A stretch of 64,000 nt of DNA from Sedimentisphaerales bacterium (GTDB taxonomy: Bacteria; Planctomycetota; Phycisphaerae; Sedimentisphaerales; Anaerobacaceae), in the NCBI GenBank assembly GCA_040772485.1, contig JAXGYC010000009.1, positions 448,001-512,000 of the forward strand, written 5' to 3'. The notes beneath the pieces are model-generated. The model was not told the DNA's origin. It did not search any database and was given only the letters and a program-made list of their open reading frames with translations. Below, one piece after another: positions 1 to 8,549 of the stretch. Made by a program: the position numbers and the translations under genes. How positions within the stretch are numbered: the stretch's first letter is position 1; the number at the start of each line of letters is the position of its first letter.

Positions 1-380
1 CCGAGGCGAATAGCTTGGTTCAATTCACGCAGGACGACGGAGTCATGTCGGAACCCAAACCAAGTTGGCTGAAATAGGCTGACGTCTTATTGGCGTCGCG
101 GAACTCGACCGAATACGAACGGCGTCATGAAGCACGACAGTTACCTATGAATCAGGCGGCCCGGCGTTAGGGGTTCCCGCGCCCACCGTCCGTAGCACAG
201 GTCAACAAGATGGCGGACAACCCGCAATCGGCGCTTTTCTATCTCGACGAAGCTGCCGCAACGATCGCCGATCTCAGCGGCAATCCGCCCCGGACGTTCA
301 GACTCTGATTCAAAGAGACAGCCTCCTCAAGTGATCGAGGACGCTGGCGCTGCCTGTACCTGCCCGCCCAATAGGCTGGA

Positions 381-1265
381 TCAGTCACGCTTGAGCCGCG
401 CATCCTGGCCGGGACTGACGCCGAATTGGCGTTTGTACTCTCGGCTGAATTGGGGAGCACTCTCGTACCCAACGGCAAAGGCCGCAGCGCTGGCCGTGCG
501 ACCTTCCTGAAGCATCAGAAGACGCGCCTTGCCGAGCCGCACGCTCTTGACGTATTGAAGAGGCGACATGGTCGTTACGGCCTTGAATTTCTGATAGAAG
601 GTGGACGGGCTCATCCTGGCCTGACGCGCCAACGATTCGATCTTGATCGGGTCGGTGTAGTTCCGATGCAGGTGATCCAAGACCCGGCTGACCTGCGCGA
701 AGTGAGTGTCCCTCATCGCCAATGCGCGGAGCGCATCGCCTCCCTTGGTCCGCAGCACACGGTAAACGATCTCCCGGACGCACAGAGGCCCCAGCACTCT
801 GCAGTCGGCCGGTGATTGCAGACTGTCGAGAAGACGTACCGCTGCGTCTTGCAAGGGTCGGGTCAGAGGACTGACGTACAGACCACGCGGAACCGACGGT
901 GTGGTGGGGGACTCACCGTCCATTTCCAGGAGCACCTCACCAATCATCGCGGGATCGACACCGATCGCAAGCAGCAGGATCGGATCCTGCGGACTGGCGT
1001 GCGGAGCCTCACACTCAATGGGCATCGGCACCGCTGTGACAAGATAGTGGTCTGCATCATAGACATAGACGTCTCCGCCGAAATAGACACGCTTGGATCC
1101 CCGCGCAACGATGATAATCCAGGGCTCATAGACAGCGGCATGTCTCGGCAAAGGTTGCGTGATGCGAAAGAGCTTAACTCCCGGCAATGAAGTAGGATTT
1201 GGGCCTTCCTGGCGGGCCAGTGCGTCGAGGAGCGTCGCGAGCCGATTGTCTGCCGGAAGCTTCAT
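381..1265 (-). CDS. AraC family transcriptional regulator (AraC_N domain + C-terminal HTH)
   Basis: C-terminal LARQARMSPSTF...FK..TTMSPLQYVK...AFAVGYESAPQFSREYKRQFG AraC HTH; start trimmed to MKLPADNRL (ATG at 1265); divergent from the propeller cluster. Confidence 0.9.
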   Translation of the reverse strand: MKLPADNRLATLLDALARQEGPNPTSLPGVKLFRITQPLPRHAAVYEPWIIIVARGSKRVYFGGDVYVYDADHYLVTAVPMPIECEAPHASPQDPILLLAIGVDPAMIGEVLLEMDGESPTTPSVPRGLYVSPLTRPLQDAAVRLLDSLQSPADCRVLGPLCVREIVYRVLRTKGGDALRALAMRDTHFAQVSRVLDHLHRNYTDPIKIESLARQARMSPSTFYQKFKAVTTMSPLQYVKSVRLGKARLLMLQEGRTASAAAFAVGYESAPQFSREYKRQFGVSPGQDARLKRD

Positions 1266-1428
1266 ATCGCGATCATACACCGCAACCCAGGACTGGGCAA
1301 GACAACGTAGGATTAGGCAAGAGATTCGTAGGTTCCGGCATTGATCCAGTGGCAGCCTTAATCCATACTCCGCAGAGGTGAAGGCAGATGGATTTGGTAT
1401 GCCAACCCGCAAACGAGAATGCACGAGA

Positions 1429-2802
1429 ATGCAGAGGAATCCTATGAGAACATCGTCGAATCGATCCTGTCGTTGGCTGGCGGTGACTATCGCCGGCTGT
1501 GGGTGTCTGTGCACTACGATCTCCTGGGCTGCGGATTGGCCGCAATATCTTGGACCGGCCAGAAACTCAAGGTCTCCGGAAAGAGGACTCCTGCGCTCCT
1601 GGCCTGAGAAGGGGCCGGAGGTTCTGTGGACCGTCGCTGTTGGTATAGGTTATGGCGGACCCGTTGTCAAAGACGGCAGGGTCTACCTGCTCGACAGGGA
1701 TGATAAGGTGGGTGACAACCTCCGCTGTCTCGACCTGGCCAACGGCAGCGAGCTCTGGAATTTCGCCTATGAGTCGCCCGGACGCGTTATGTTTCCTGGT
1801 TCGCGCAGTGTGCCGATCGTGGACGGCCATCATGTCTATTCGTGCGGTCCCTATGGCGATCTCTACTGCATCGACACGGACACACACAAGCCCGTCTGGA
1901 ACAAGAACGTGTGGAAAGATTTCGGCGGCGACAGAATCCCGATATGGGCCATTACGCAGTGTCCTTTGATCTACGGCGATTTGCTTATTCTTGCATCTCA
2001 AGCCCCCGATGCCGGTGTGGTGGCTTATGACAAACTCACGGGTGATGTGAGATGGAGAACACCCAATCTCGGCAATGAATCATACGCCAGTCCTTCCGTG
2101 GTGAAGATAGACGGAGAAGACCATGTTGTGATGGTCATCTCATCGACGAATCCCATTGGACATCGTGAATTGCCGCAAACTCTGGGCAATGTTGTTGGGA
2201 TAGAGCCGCTCACGGGAAAGACCCTCTGGCAATATGACAAGTGGCGATGTCACATTTCGGTGCCGAGCGCTGTTGATGCCGGCGAGAACAGAGTGCTGGT
2301 CGTCGGTGGATATGAACTCGGCGCCACAATGATCAAGGTCGAAAAGAAGGCCGACGGCAAGTACGGCACAACAGAGCTCTTTACGACAGAAGAATTCGGC
2401 GACCAGACAAAGCCGCCGATACTGCATAACGGTCACTTCTATGCTCAGTATGGAACCAATAGCCGGCGGGACGGCCTGGTGTGCATGAGCATGGACGGGC
2501 AGGTCAAGTGGAGCACGAGACGTTCACCTGATTTCAACAAGGGCAGTATGATTCTCGTCGACGGCCTGATTCTGGCTACGGACGGCAGGAAGACCTTGCA
2601 CCTGATAGAGCCGGATCCCTCCGGATTCAAGGCACTGGCGTCAGCGGAGGTGCTCGGAGAAGGAGGAACAGGATCAGAAAACGATCCTTTGGCCTCGAGA
2701 GTTGGAGGTTCCACTCAGAACTGGGCACCGTTGGCGCTTTCGGATGGCAAGCTCCTTGTCCGAGACCAGACGAGAATGAAGTGTGTTCAAGTCGCTCAAT
2801 GA
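1429..2802 (+). CDS. Secreted PQQ-binding-like (BamB-type) beta-propeller protein
   Basis: Signal-like N-terminus then [14 protein letters not shown]-ending propeller blades, C-terminal [15 protein letters not shown]; start uncertain (1429 or 1444). Confidence 0.8.
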   Translation: MQRNPMRTSSNRSCRWLAVTIAGCGCLCTTISWAADWPQYLGPARNSRSPERGLLRSWPEKGPEVLWTVAVGIGYGGPVVKDGRVYLLDRDDKVGDNLRCLDLANGSELWNFAYESPGRVMFPGSRSVPIVDGHHVYSCGPYGDLYCIDTDTHKPVWNKNVWKDFGGDRIPIWAITQCPLIYGDLLILASQAPDAGVVAYDKLTGDVRWRTPNLGNESYASPSVVKIDGEDHVVMVISSTNPIGHRELPQTLGNVVGIEPLTGKTLWQYDKWRCHISVPSAVDAGENRVLVVGGYELGATMIKVEKKADGKYGTTELFTTEEFGDQTKPPILHNGHFYAQYGTNSRRDGLVCMSMDGQVKWSTRRSPDFNKGSMILVDGLILATDGRKTLHLIEPDPSGFKALASAEVLGEGGTGSENDPLASRVGGSTQNWAPLALSDGKLLVRDQTRMKCVQVAQ

Positions 2803-2842
2803 TTCCCGAGAATGTCATATCAATCAACCACAGGAGCAGATC

Positions 2843-4186
2843 ATGAAGGTCAGAGTAACTGTGACAGCAATGATCTTGATGGTAGTCGCCGGCAGCAGTC
2901 TGGCGGCGGATTGGCCGCAATGGCAGGGGCCTGATCGCGACGCCAAGTCCGGGGACACGGGTCTCCTCAAACAGTGGCCCCAAGATGGTCCCCCGCTTGC
3001 CTGGAGGATCGACAAACTCGGCGGGGGTGACGGCGGTCCGGCCATTGCCGCCGGGCGAGTCTTCGTCATGAGCAATCGCGGCGAGGAAGAAGTGGTCTGG
3101 GCCTTGTCCGAGAAGGACGGCAGTGAAATCTGGGTAGCGCCCCTGGGGCCGGCCTTTCGACAGGGGGCCTCGCAGGGAAAAGAGGGGCCGGGATGCACGC
3201 CGACGGTCGATGGCGAACGCCTCTATGTCGAGGGGTTGGGGGGCAATGTGGCTTGCCTGCAGGCCGCAGACGGCAAGATCGTCTGGCAGCGCAGCATGAC
3301 GGAGGATTTCGGCGGGCGCGTACCAAGGTGGAGCTACCGCGAATCACCGCTCGTGGACGGCGACAAGGTAATCGTCACCCCCGGTGGGGCTGATGCGCTG
3401 CTGGTCGCACTGAACAAGCTGACCGGTGAGACGATCTGGAAGGCCAAGCTGCCCGACAGCCCGGCCGGTGAATCTGAAGCGCCGGGCGGCTCTGGCCGCG
3501 GTCGTGGTGGTTTCGGAGGTTTCGGCGGTGGTGGTGGAGCGGCCTACGCCTCGGTTATAGCGATTGACTTCGAAGGACAACGCCAGTATGTGCAGCTCAC
3601 CGCCAATACACTCGTCGGTATCGCGGCGTCAGACGGTGAGTTCCTCTGGCGTTATGACAAGCCTGCCAACCGCATGGGTATTAACTGCACGACAGCAGTA
3701 TTCCATGATGGCATGGTATTTGCTTCCTCAGCCTATGGCGCAGGAGGCGGGTTGGTCAAGCTGAGCAAGGATGCGGATGGTGCCGTCAGGGCCGAGGAAG
3801 TCTATGCCAGCACCGAGATGCAAAACCATCACGGCGGCATGATCCTTCTCGATGGTTATCTCTATGGCGCCAGCGGCGGCAATGAGGGCGGCGCCCTCGT
3901 CTGTCTCGACTTCAAGACAGGCAAAGTCATGTGGGACCAGCGGGCCACCGCCGGTCGTCGCGCGAAGGGTTCGTTGGCGTTGGCCGACGGCATGCTCTAC
4001 TATCGCATGGAGGACGGCACTGTGTGCCTGATCGAACCGAACCCGAAGCAATACATCGAACGCAGCCGCTTCCAACAGCCCGACCGCACCCGCCTGCCAG
4101 CCTGGTCTCACCCGGTCATTGCCAACGGCAACCTGTACATCCGCGATCAGGATGTCTTGTTCTGCTACGACGTCAAGGTGAAGTGA
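2843..4186 (+). CDS. Secreted PQQ-binding-like beta-propeller protein with Gly-rich insert
   Basis: AGGAG RBS before ATG 2843; signal peptide; [44 protein letters not shown] loop. Confidence 0.85.
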   Translation: MKVRVTVTAMILMVVAGSSLAADWPQWQGPDRDAKSGDTGLLKQWPQDGPPLAWRIDKLGGGDGGPAIAAGRVFVMSNRGEEEVVWALSEKDGSEIWVAPLGPAFRQGASQGKEGPGCTPTVDGERLYVEGLGGNVACLQAADGKIVWQRSMTEDFGGRVPRWSYRESPLVDGDKVIVTPGGADALLVALNKLTGETIWKAKLPDSPAGESEAPGGSGRGRGGFGGFGGGGGAAYASVIAIDFEGQRQYVQLTANTLVGIAASDGEFLWRYDKPANRMGINCTTAVFHDGMVFASSAYGAGGGLVKLSKDADGAVRAEEVYASTEMQNHHGGMILLDGYLYGASGGNEGGALVCLDFKTGKVMWDQRATAGRRAKGSLALADGMLYYRMEDGTVCLIEPNPKQYIERSRFQQPDRTRLPAWSHPVIANGNLYIRDQDVLFCYDVKVK

Positions 4187-4244
4187 AGCTTCGTCGGTCA
4201 ATTACCAAGGTCATGTGAGGTGTGAATTTGCCTCCACAAGGTGT

Positions 4245-4296
4245 TGCCGGCGCGGTCGTATTTCCGATCGCTGTAATCGGAAATGCCGCGTCGGCA
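4245..4296. other. Imperfect intergenic inverted repeat (stem-loop)
   Basis: tgccggcgcggtcgtatttccgat ... atcggaaatgccgcgtcggca. Confidence 0.5.
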
Positions 4297-4522
4297 CGAT
4301 TATTGAGTGTGTTGTGAGTCAGCATGGTGCGACGAGGAGGTTCGCCTGTCTCACTCGTTGTCTGCGCGAAGCCACTGCGACGATCGCCGATCTCGCCAGC
4401 AGGTCGGCCTCGACGTTCACGCTCCGATTTGCCTGTGAGACCCACGTCCTGGCCAAATGGGCATGAGATTGTCTGCGGGCCGGCGAGAGTGGTATACTGG
4501 ACGGGAAGAAAGGAGGCAACCT

Positions 4523-5755
4523 ATGAAGACGACGGTTGTTGGGATGGTCACAGGGGTCTTGATTCTGGCCGTGGTGGCTCAGGGAGGGGATTGCCCTCGA
4601 TTTCGTGGGCCGCAGGGCGATGGGGTATTTCCGGAAACGGGCCTGCTGAAGCAATGGCCGGAGGGCGGGCCGAAGCTGGCCTGGTCCGCTGACGGGCTGG
4701 GGCCGGGCTACTCTTCGGCGGTCGTTGTCGACGGGACGGTCTACGTGACCGGCATGGACAACCAGAACCAGGGTGTGCTTTTTGCTTTCGGAGAAGACGG
4801 CTCGCGGAAGTGGAAGGTGGCCTATGGCCCGGAATTCGTCAAGGAGGGTCCCGCTCCGACGGGAACGCGCGGCACCCCGACGGTGGATGGCGGCCGGGTC
4901 TTCGTGATGACCGGCTTCACCAGGCTGGTCATTCTCGACGCGAACAAGGGACAGGCGCTCAAGACCGTCGATCTGCTGGAGCGATTCGGCGCCGAGAAGG
5001 CGAGGTTTGGCTTTGCCGAGTGTGTGCTGGTCGATGGACGCAAGGTCATCTGCACGCCGGGTGGCCCCGACGCATCGCTGGTCGCTCTGGACCGGGAGAC
5101 GGGCGAGACGATCTGGCAGACCAAGGGGCTCGGTCAGCCGTCGGGTTACTGCTCGGCCAGGCTGGTTGACCACGACGGTCGCAGACTGGTGCTGACGATG
5201 CTGGCGAACGGCGTGGTCGCTGTCGATGCCGGTTCAGGCGAGGTCGTCTGGCAGCGCGAATACCCGCACCGCGCCGGGGTTCAGCCCAATCCCCCACTCT
5301 ACGCCGACGGAATGGTCTACGTCGCATCGGGGATGGGCACGGGTGGCGCGATGCTGCCGTTGGCCCAGACGGACGCGGCCGCCAAGTGGACGGACAGGAC
5401 GCTGGATTGCCAGATGCAGGGGACGGTGCTGCTCGATGGCTGTATCTACGGAACCGCCCAGAGCGGAAACCGGGGTCTGGTCTGTCTGGACTGGAAGACG
5501 GGCGAGGTGAAATGGAACGCCCCGGCCGCCAAAATGGGTGTGGTCGTGGCCGCCGACGGCATGCTCTACGTTTATACCCAGGAAGGGACGATGATTCTGG
5601 TGCAGCCAAGCCCCGATGGGTACAAGCCAACGGGGCAGTTTACGATCTCGGCCGGAACCAACGAACACTGGGCCCATCCGACCATCGCCAACGGCAGGCT
5701 GTATGTCCGCCATGGGGACGTCCTGCTGGTCTACGATGTCCGCTCCGGATCGTAG
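4523..5755 (+). CDS. Secreted PQQ-binding-like beta-propeller protein
   Basis: AAGGAGG RBS; signal peptide; PRFRGPQGDG; WAHPTIANGRLYVRH; candidate extended -10 TGGTATACT at 4490-4498. Confidence 0.85.
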   Translation: MKTTVVGMVTGVLILAVVAQGGDCPRFRGPQGDGVFPETGLLKQWPEGGPKLAWSADGLGPGYSSAVVVDGTVYVTGMDNQNQGVLFAFGEDGSRKWKVAYGPEFVKEGPAPTGTRGTPTVDGGRVFVMTGFTRLVILDANKGQALKTVDLLERFGAEKARFGFAECVLVDGRKVICTPGGPDASLVALDRETGETIWQTKGLGQPSGYCSARLVDHDGRRLVLTMLANGVVAVDAGSGEVVWQREYPHRAGVQPNPPLYADGMVYVASGMGTGGAMLPLAQTDAAAKWTDRTLDCQMQGTVLLDGCIYGTAQSGNRGLVCLDWKTGEVKWNAPAAKMGVVVAADGMLYVYTQEGTMILVQPSPDGYKPTGQFTISAGTNEHWAHPTIANGRLYVRHGDVLLVYDVRSGS

Positions 5756-5785
5756 CGCAAGCGGGCGGGCCCGCACGTCGTGCCC

Positions 5786-5872
5786 GGATTGCGGACCGTG
5801 GATTGGGGATTGCGGATTGCCGATTTGCCTCTGGCGGCGAATCCGCCGTCCGGAATCTGCAATCCGAAATCG
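5786..5872. repeat. Heptamer-periodic inverted repeat (GGATTGC)n ... (AATCCG)n with GC-rich core
   Basis: ggattgc ggaccgt ggattgg ggattgc ggattgc cgattt gcctctggcggc gaatccg ccgtccg gaatctg caatccg aaatcg. Confidence 0.75.
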
Positions 5873-5940
5873 GCCGGTACGAGCGAACTACAGAGGCCGG
5901 CATGGGGTATAATCGAGCGTCACAACGCACCACGCGGCCG

Positions 5941-5990
5941 GTGGGCAAGGTATGCCTTGCCCGCACGGGCGAGTAATCATTCGCTCCTAC
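5941..5990. repeat. Two adjacent degenerate REP-like palindromes
   Basis: gtgggcaaggtatgccttgccc hairpin followed by 5963-5990, which reads GTAGGAGCGAATGATTACTCGCCCGTGC on the minus strand (28-bp family). Confidence 0.65.
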
Positions 5991-6031
5991 CCGGCGCAGG
6001 GCAATAGACGGTAAGGCAGGGCAGTGATTTT

Positions 6032-6991
6032 ATGACGTCAAGGCAAACCGAGAAGCGGCCGCACGTGGTGTTCTGTAGCTGCGCTCATTACGAGACGATC
6101 CCCGGCGCTGTGAAAGAGCGGGTGTTCAGTTCTCTTCGCGACGCCGGCATGGTCGTGGAGGCGGTGGCCGATCTGTGTGGCATGGCGGCCGACCGGCATC
6201 CGAGATTGCGGCACTGGGCGCAGGCCGAACCGCTGTCGATTGTCGCCTGCTTTCCGCGAGCAATTCGATGGCTGTTCGAAGCTGCCGGCGCGCCGTTGGA
6301 CCTCGGGCGAACGCGGCTGTTCAACATGCGAACCCAGTCACCCGAGGAGATCGCCCGGGAATTGATGAAGGATCATGGATCATGGACGATTGAAGAGAAG
6401 TCGGCGGCTTCCGCCTCCAATCATCAATCGTCAATCGAAAATCATCAATCGGATTGGGTGCCGTGGTTCCCTGTGATTGACTACGAACGGTGCAGGAACT
6501 GCAAGCAGTGCATGAATTTCTGCCTGTTCGGTGTATACGGCCTTTCGAAAGAAGGCCGCGTGCAGGTGCAGAACCCGGCAGGCTGCAAGACGAACTGCCC
6601 GGCGTGCGCGCGGATGTGTCCGGCTTCTGCGATCATCTTCCCCAAGTATGCGGATTCTCCTATCAATGGTGACGACGTGACCCCATCACCCCAAGCGCAG
6701 AGCGAATCCCCTCGCGATTTGCGTCGTCTGCTTCAGGGCGACGTATACGACAAGATTCGCCGTCGTGAACCGGGGCGGAAACGATTCTCCACAGAGGCGC
6801 CGGACCCGGCACCGGGCGGTCCATGTCCGGCGCTGGATGCGTTGCGCCGCGACCTCGACATCCCCGACGATGTTCTCGCGTCGCTGTCGGGCGCCGAGTT
6901 GCAGCGAATCCGGGTGGAGGCGAACAAGGGGCGGGCACAAGAGAAGCCCCGCGATGAGGCCGGCGGCAAGAAAGAGAGTCGCAATGCCTGA
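6032..6991 (+). CDS. Fe-S protein: Cys-containing N-terminal domain (HdrA N-terminus-like) + 2x[4Fe-4S] ferredoxin domain
   Basis: VVFCSC...DLC...IVACFPR...NMR; CRNCKQCMNFC and CKTNCPACARMCP; first gene of coupled operon. Confidence 0.8.
   Translation: MTSRQTEKRPHVVFCSCAHYETIPGAVKERVFSSLRDAGMVVEAVADLCGMAADRHPRLRHWAQAEPLSIVACFPRAIRWLFEAAGAPLDLGRTRLFNMRTQSPEEIARELMKDHGSWTIEEKSAASASNHQSSIENHQSDWVPWFPVIDYERCRNCKQCMNFCLFGVYGLSKEGRVQVQNPAGCKTNCPACARMCPASAIIFPKYADSPINGDDVTPSPQAQSESPRDLRRLLQGDVYDKIRRREPGRKRFSTEAPDPAPGGPCPALDALRRDLDIPDDVLASLSGAELQRIRVEANKGRAQEKPRDEAGGKKESRNA
6362..6450. repeat. Heptamer-periodic inverted repeat in frame within the Fe-S gene
   Basis: ttgatga aggatca tggatca tggacga ttgaaga ... 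ggcggcttccgcc ... aatcatc aatcgtc aatcgaa aatcatc aatc; encodes LMKDHGSWTIEEKSAASASNHQSSIENHQS. Confidence 0.7.
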
Positions 6992-8549
6992 ATCGCGACT
7001 CCAGCCCGCCGTCGTTCTCGTCGCCGACCGGACGCTCAGCGCCAATTACCGCATCCTCTTCGACGGCATGTTCGCGACGATGCAGATGAGCCAGGTGCCG
7101 GAGGTGTTCATGCGTCACTTCCTCGCACCGCCTGTACGGACGGACGCCGGCGGGCGCGCCCACACCGTGCCGCTGGGACTGCGGCGCGTCGAATCGGCCC
7201 TGCTGAAATACACCTCGCTGGAACGAGACGACGTGGTCTGCACGACGCCCGAGCGGCTGGCGGACGTGATCGGTCCGTGGGTGAAGATCGTGGGCTTCAG
7301 CTCCAGCGATCCACTTGGCATGGGCATGAGCAACACGACCACCTCCAATTTCTGGAAGGGCGAGCTCTATACCCGGCGATGGACGCGCCAGACCCTGGAG
7401 CAACTGACGGCACTGAAGCGCCGATACGGCTTCAGGATCGTCGTCGGCGGCGCCGGAGCCTGGCAGTGGATTGCCCATGCGGACAAGAGGCCGGACGTCG
7501 ATATCGACATGGTCTTTCAAGGCTACTTCGAGGCCTCCGGGCCCGAGCTGTTCGCCGAGCTGTTGAACGGCCGGCTGCCCGCGCGTCACGTGGTCGAAGC
7601 GGACATCGGGGCCGATCGCATTCAGCCGATCCGCGATCCATCGCTGTTGGGGATCATCGAGCTATCGCGCGGTTGCGGCAGGGGCTGCCAGTTCTGCGCG
7701 ATGGCGCGCCAGGGGATGAGGCACCTCGATCCGGACACGATCCTGGCGGACCTGCAAACCAACGTGGCCGGCGGCCTCAAGGCGGTGGTCAGCGGCAGTG
7801 AGGACTTCTTCCGATACGGCGCCAGGGGGCTGCGTCCCGATTTCGAGAAGCTGTGCAATCTGCTGGAACGAATGCGGAGGATCAAGGGTCTGTCGTTCAT
7901 GCAGATCGACCACGCCAACGTGACATCGGTCCTGCAACTTACCGACGAGCAGCTTCGCCAGATCCGGCGTCTGTTGACCTGGGAGCGGCCGAGTGAGTAT
8001 CTATGGGTGAACATGGGCGTCGAAAGCGCCAATGGGCATCTGGTGGCCGCCAACAGCCCGGGCAAAGTAGCTCCCTTCGATCCGGACGACTGGGGACAGA
8101 TGGTCCGCGATGCGGCCGATCGCACGACGCGCTGCGGGTTCTTTCCCGTCGTCAGCGTCCTGCTGGGCATGCCGGGCGAAACGCCGGACGACGTTGTTGC
8201 GACCCTGGAGCTGGTTCGAGATCTTGCGGCAAAGAAAGCCGTCATCTTTCCGATTTTCTATGAGCCGCTCGTCTCGGGCCAAGAGGCCGACCGGCAGCGG
8301 TTTACGCTGGCGAAGATGAGCCCCGAACATCTGGAGCTTTATCGAACCTGCTACGAGCAGAACTTTAGAATGGTCCCCAGGCTGTTTTGGGACAATCAGC
8401 GCGCCGGCGGCGTCTCATGGGCCAGACGTGCCTTCATGCAGGCCCTCGGACGCGGAGAAGTCACGACCTGGCGACGGATCTTCAGGCGATTGCACAGACA
8501 GATGGAACGTTCGGTCCCGATCGTGGGGAAGGAGCAGGTGTATGCCTGA
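6984..8549 (+). CDS. Radical SAM enzyme with N-terminal B12-binding-like domain, GDGT ring synthase (Grs)-like family
   Basis: ELSRGCGRGCQFC (CxxxCxxC); VVLVADRTL, PLGLRRVESAL, DPLGMG, IVVGGAGAWQ, MGVES, LLGMPGET; ATGCCTGA overlap with upstream stop. Radical SAM call is firm; Grs-likeness is from recalled motifs. Confidence 0.8.
   Translation: MPESRLQPAVVLVADRTLSANYRILFDGMFATMQMSQVPEVFMRHFLAPPVRTDAGGRAHTVPLGLRRVESALLKYTSLERDDVVCTTPERLADVIGPWVKIVGFSSSDPLGMGMSNTTTSNFWKGELYTRRWTRQTLEQLTALKRRYGFRIVVGGAGAWQWIAHADKRPDVDIDMVFQGYFEASGPELFAELLNGRLPARHVVEADIGADRIQPIRDPSLLGIIELSRGCGRGCQFCAMARQGMRHLDPDTILADLQTNVAGGLKAVVSGSEDFFRYGARGLRPDFEKLCNLLERMRRIKGLSFMQIDHANVTSVLQLTDEQLRQIRRLLTWERPSEYLWVNMGVESANGHLVAANSPGKVAPFDPDDWGQMVRDAADRTTRCGFFPVVSVLLGMPGETPDDVVATLELVRDLAAKKAVIFPIFYEPLVSGQEADRQRFTLAKMSPEHLELYRTCYEQNFRMVPRLFWDNQRAGGVSWARRAFMQALGRGEVTTWRRIFRRLHRQMERSVPIVGKEQVYA

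Noticed and set aside
1..380. Possible gene end (stop near 77) and short ORF fragments at the window start
   Set aside because: Too short and no recognisable motifs
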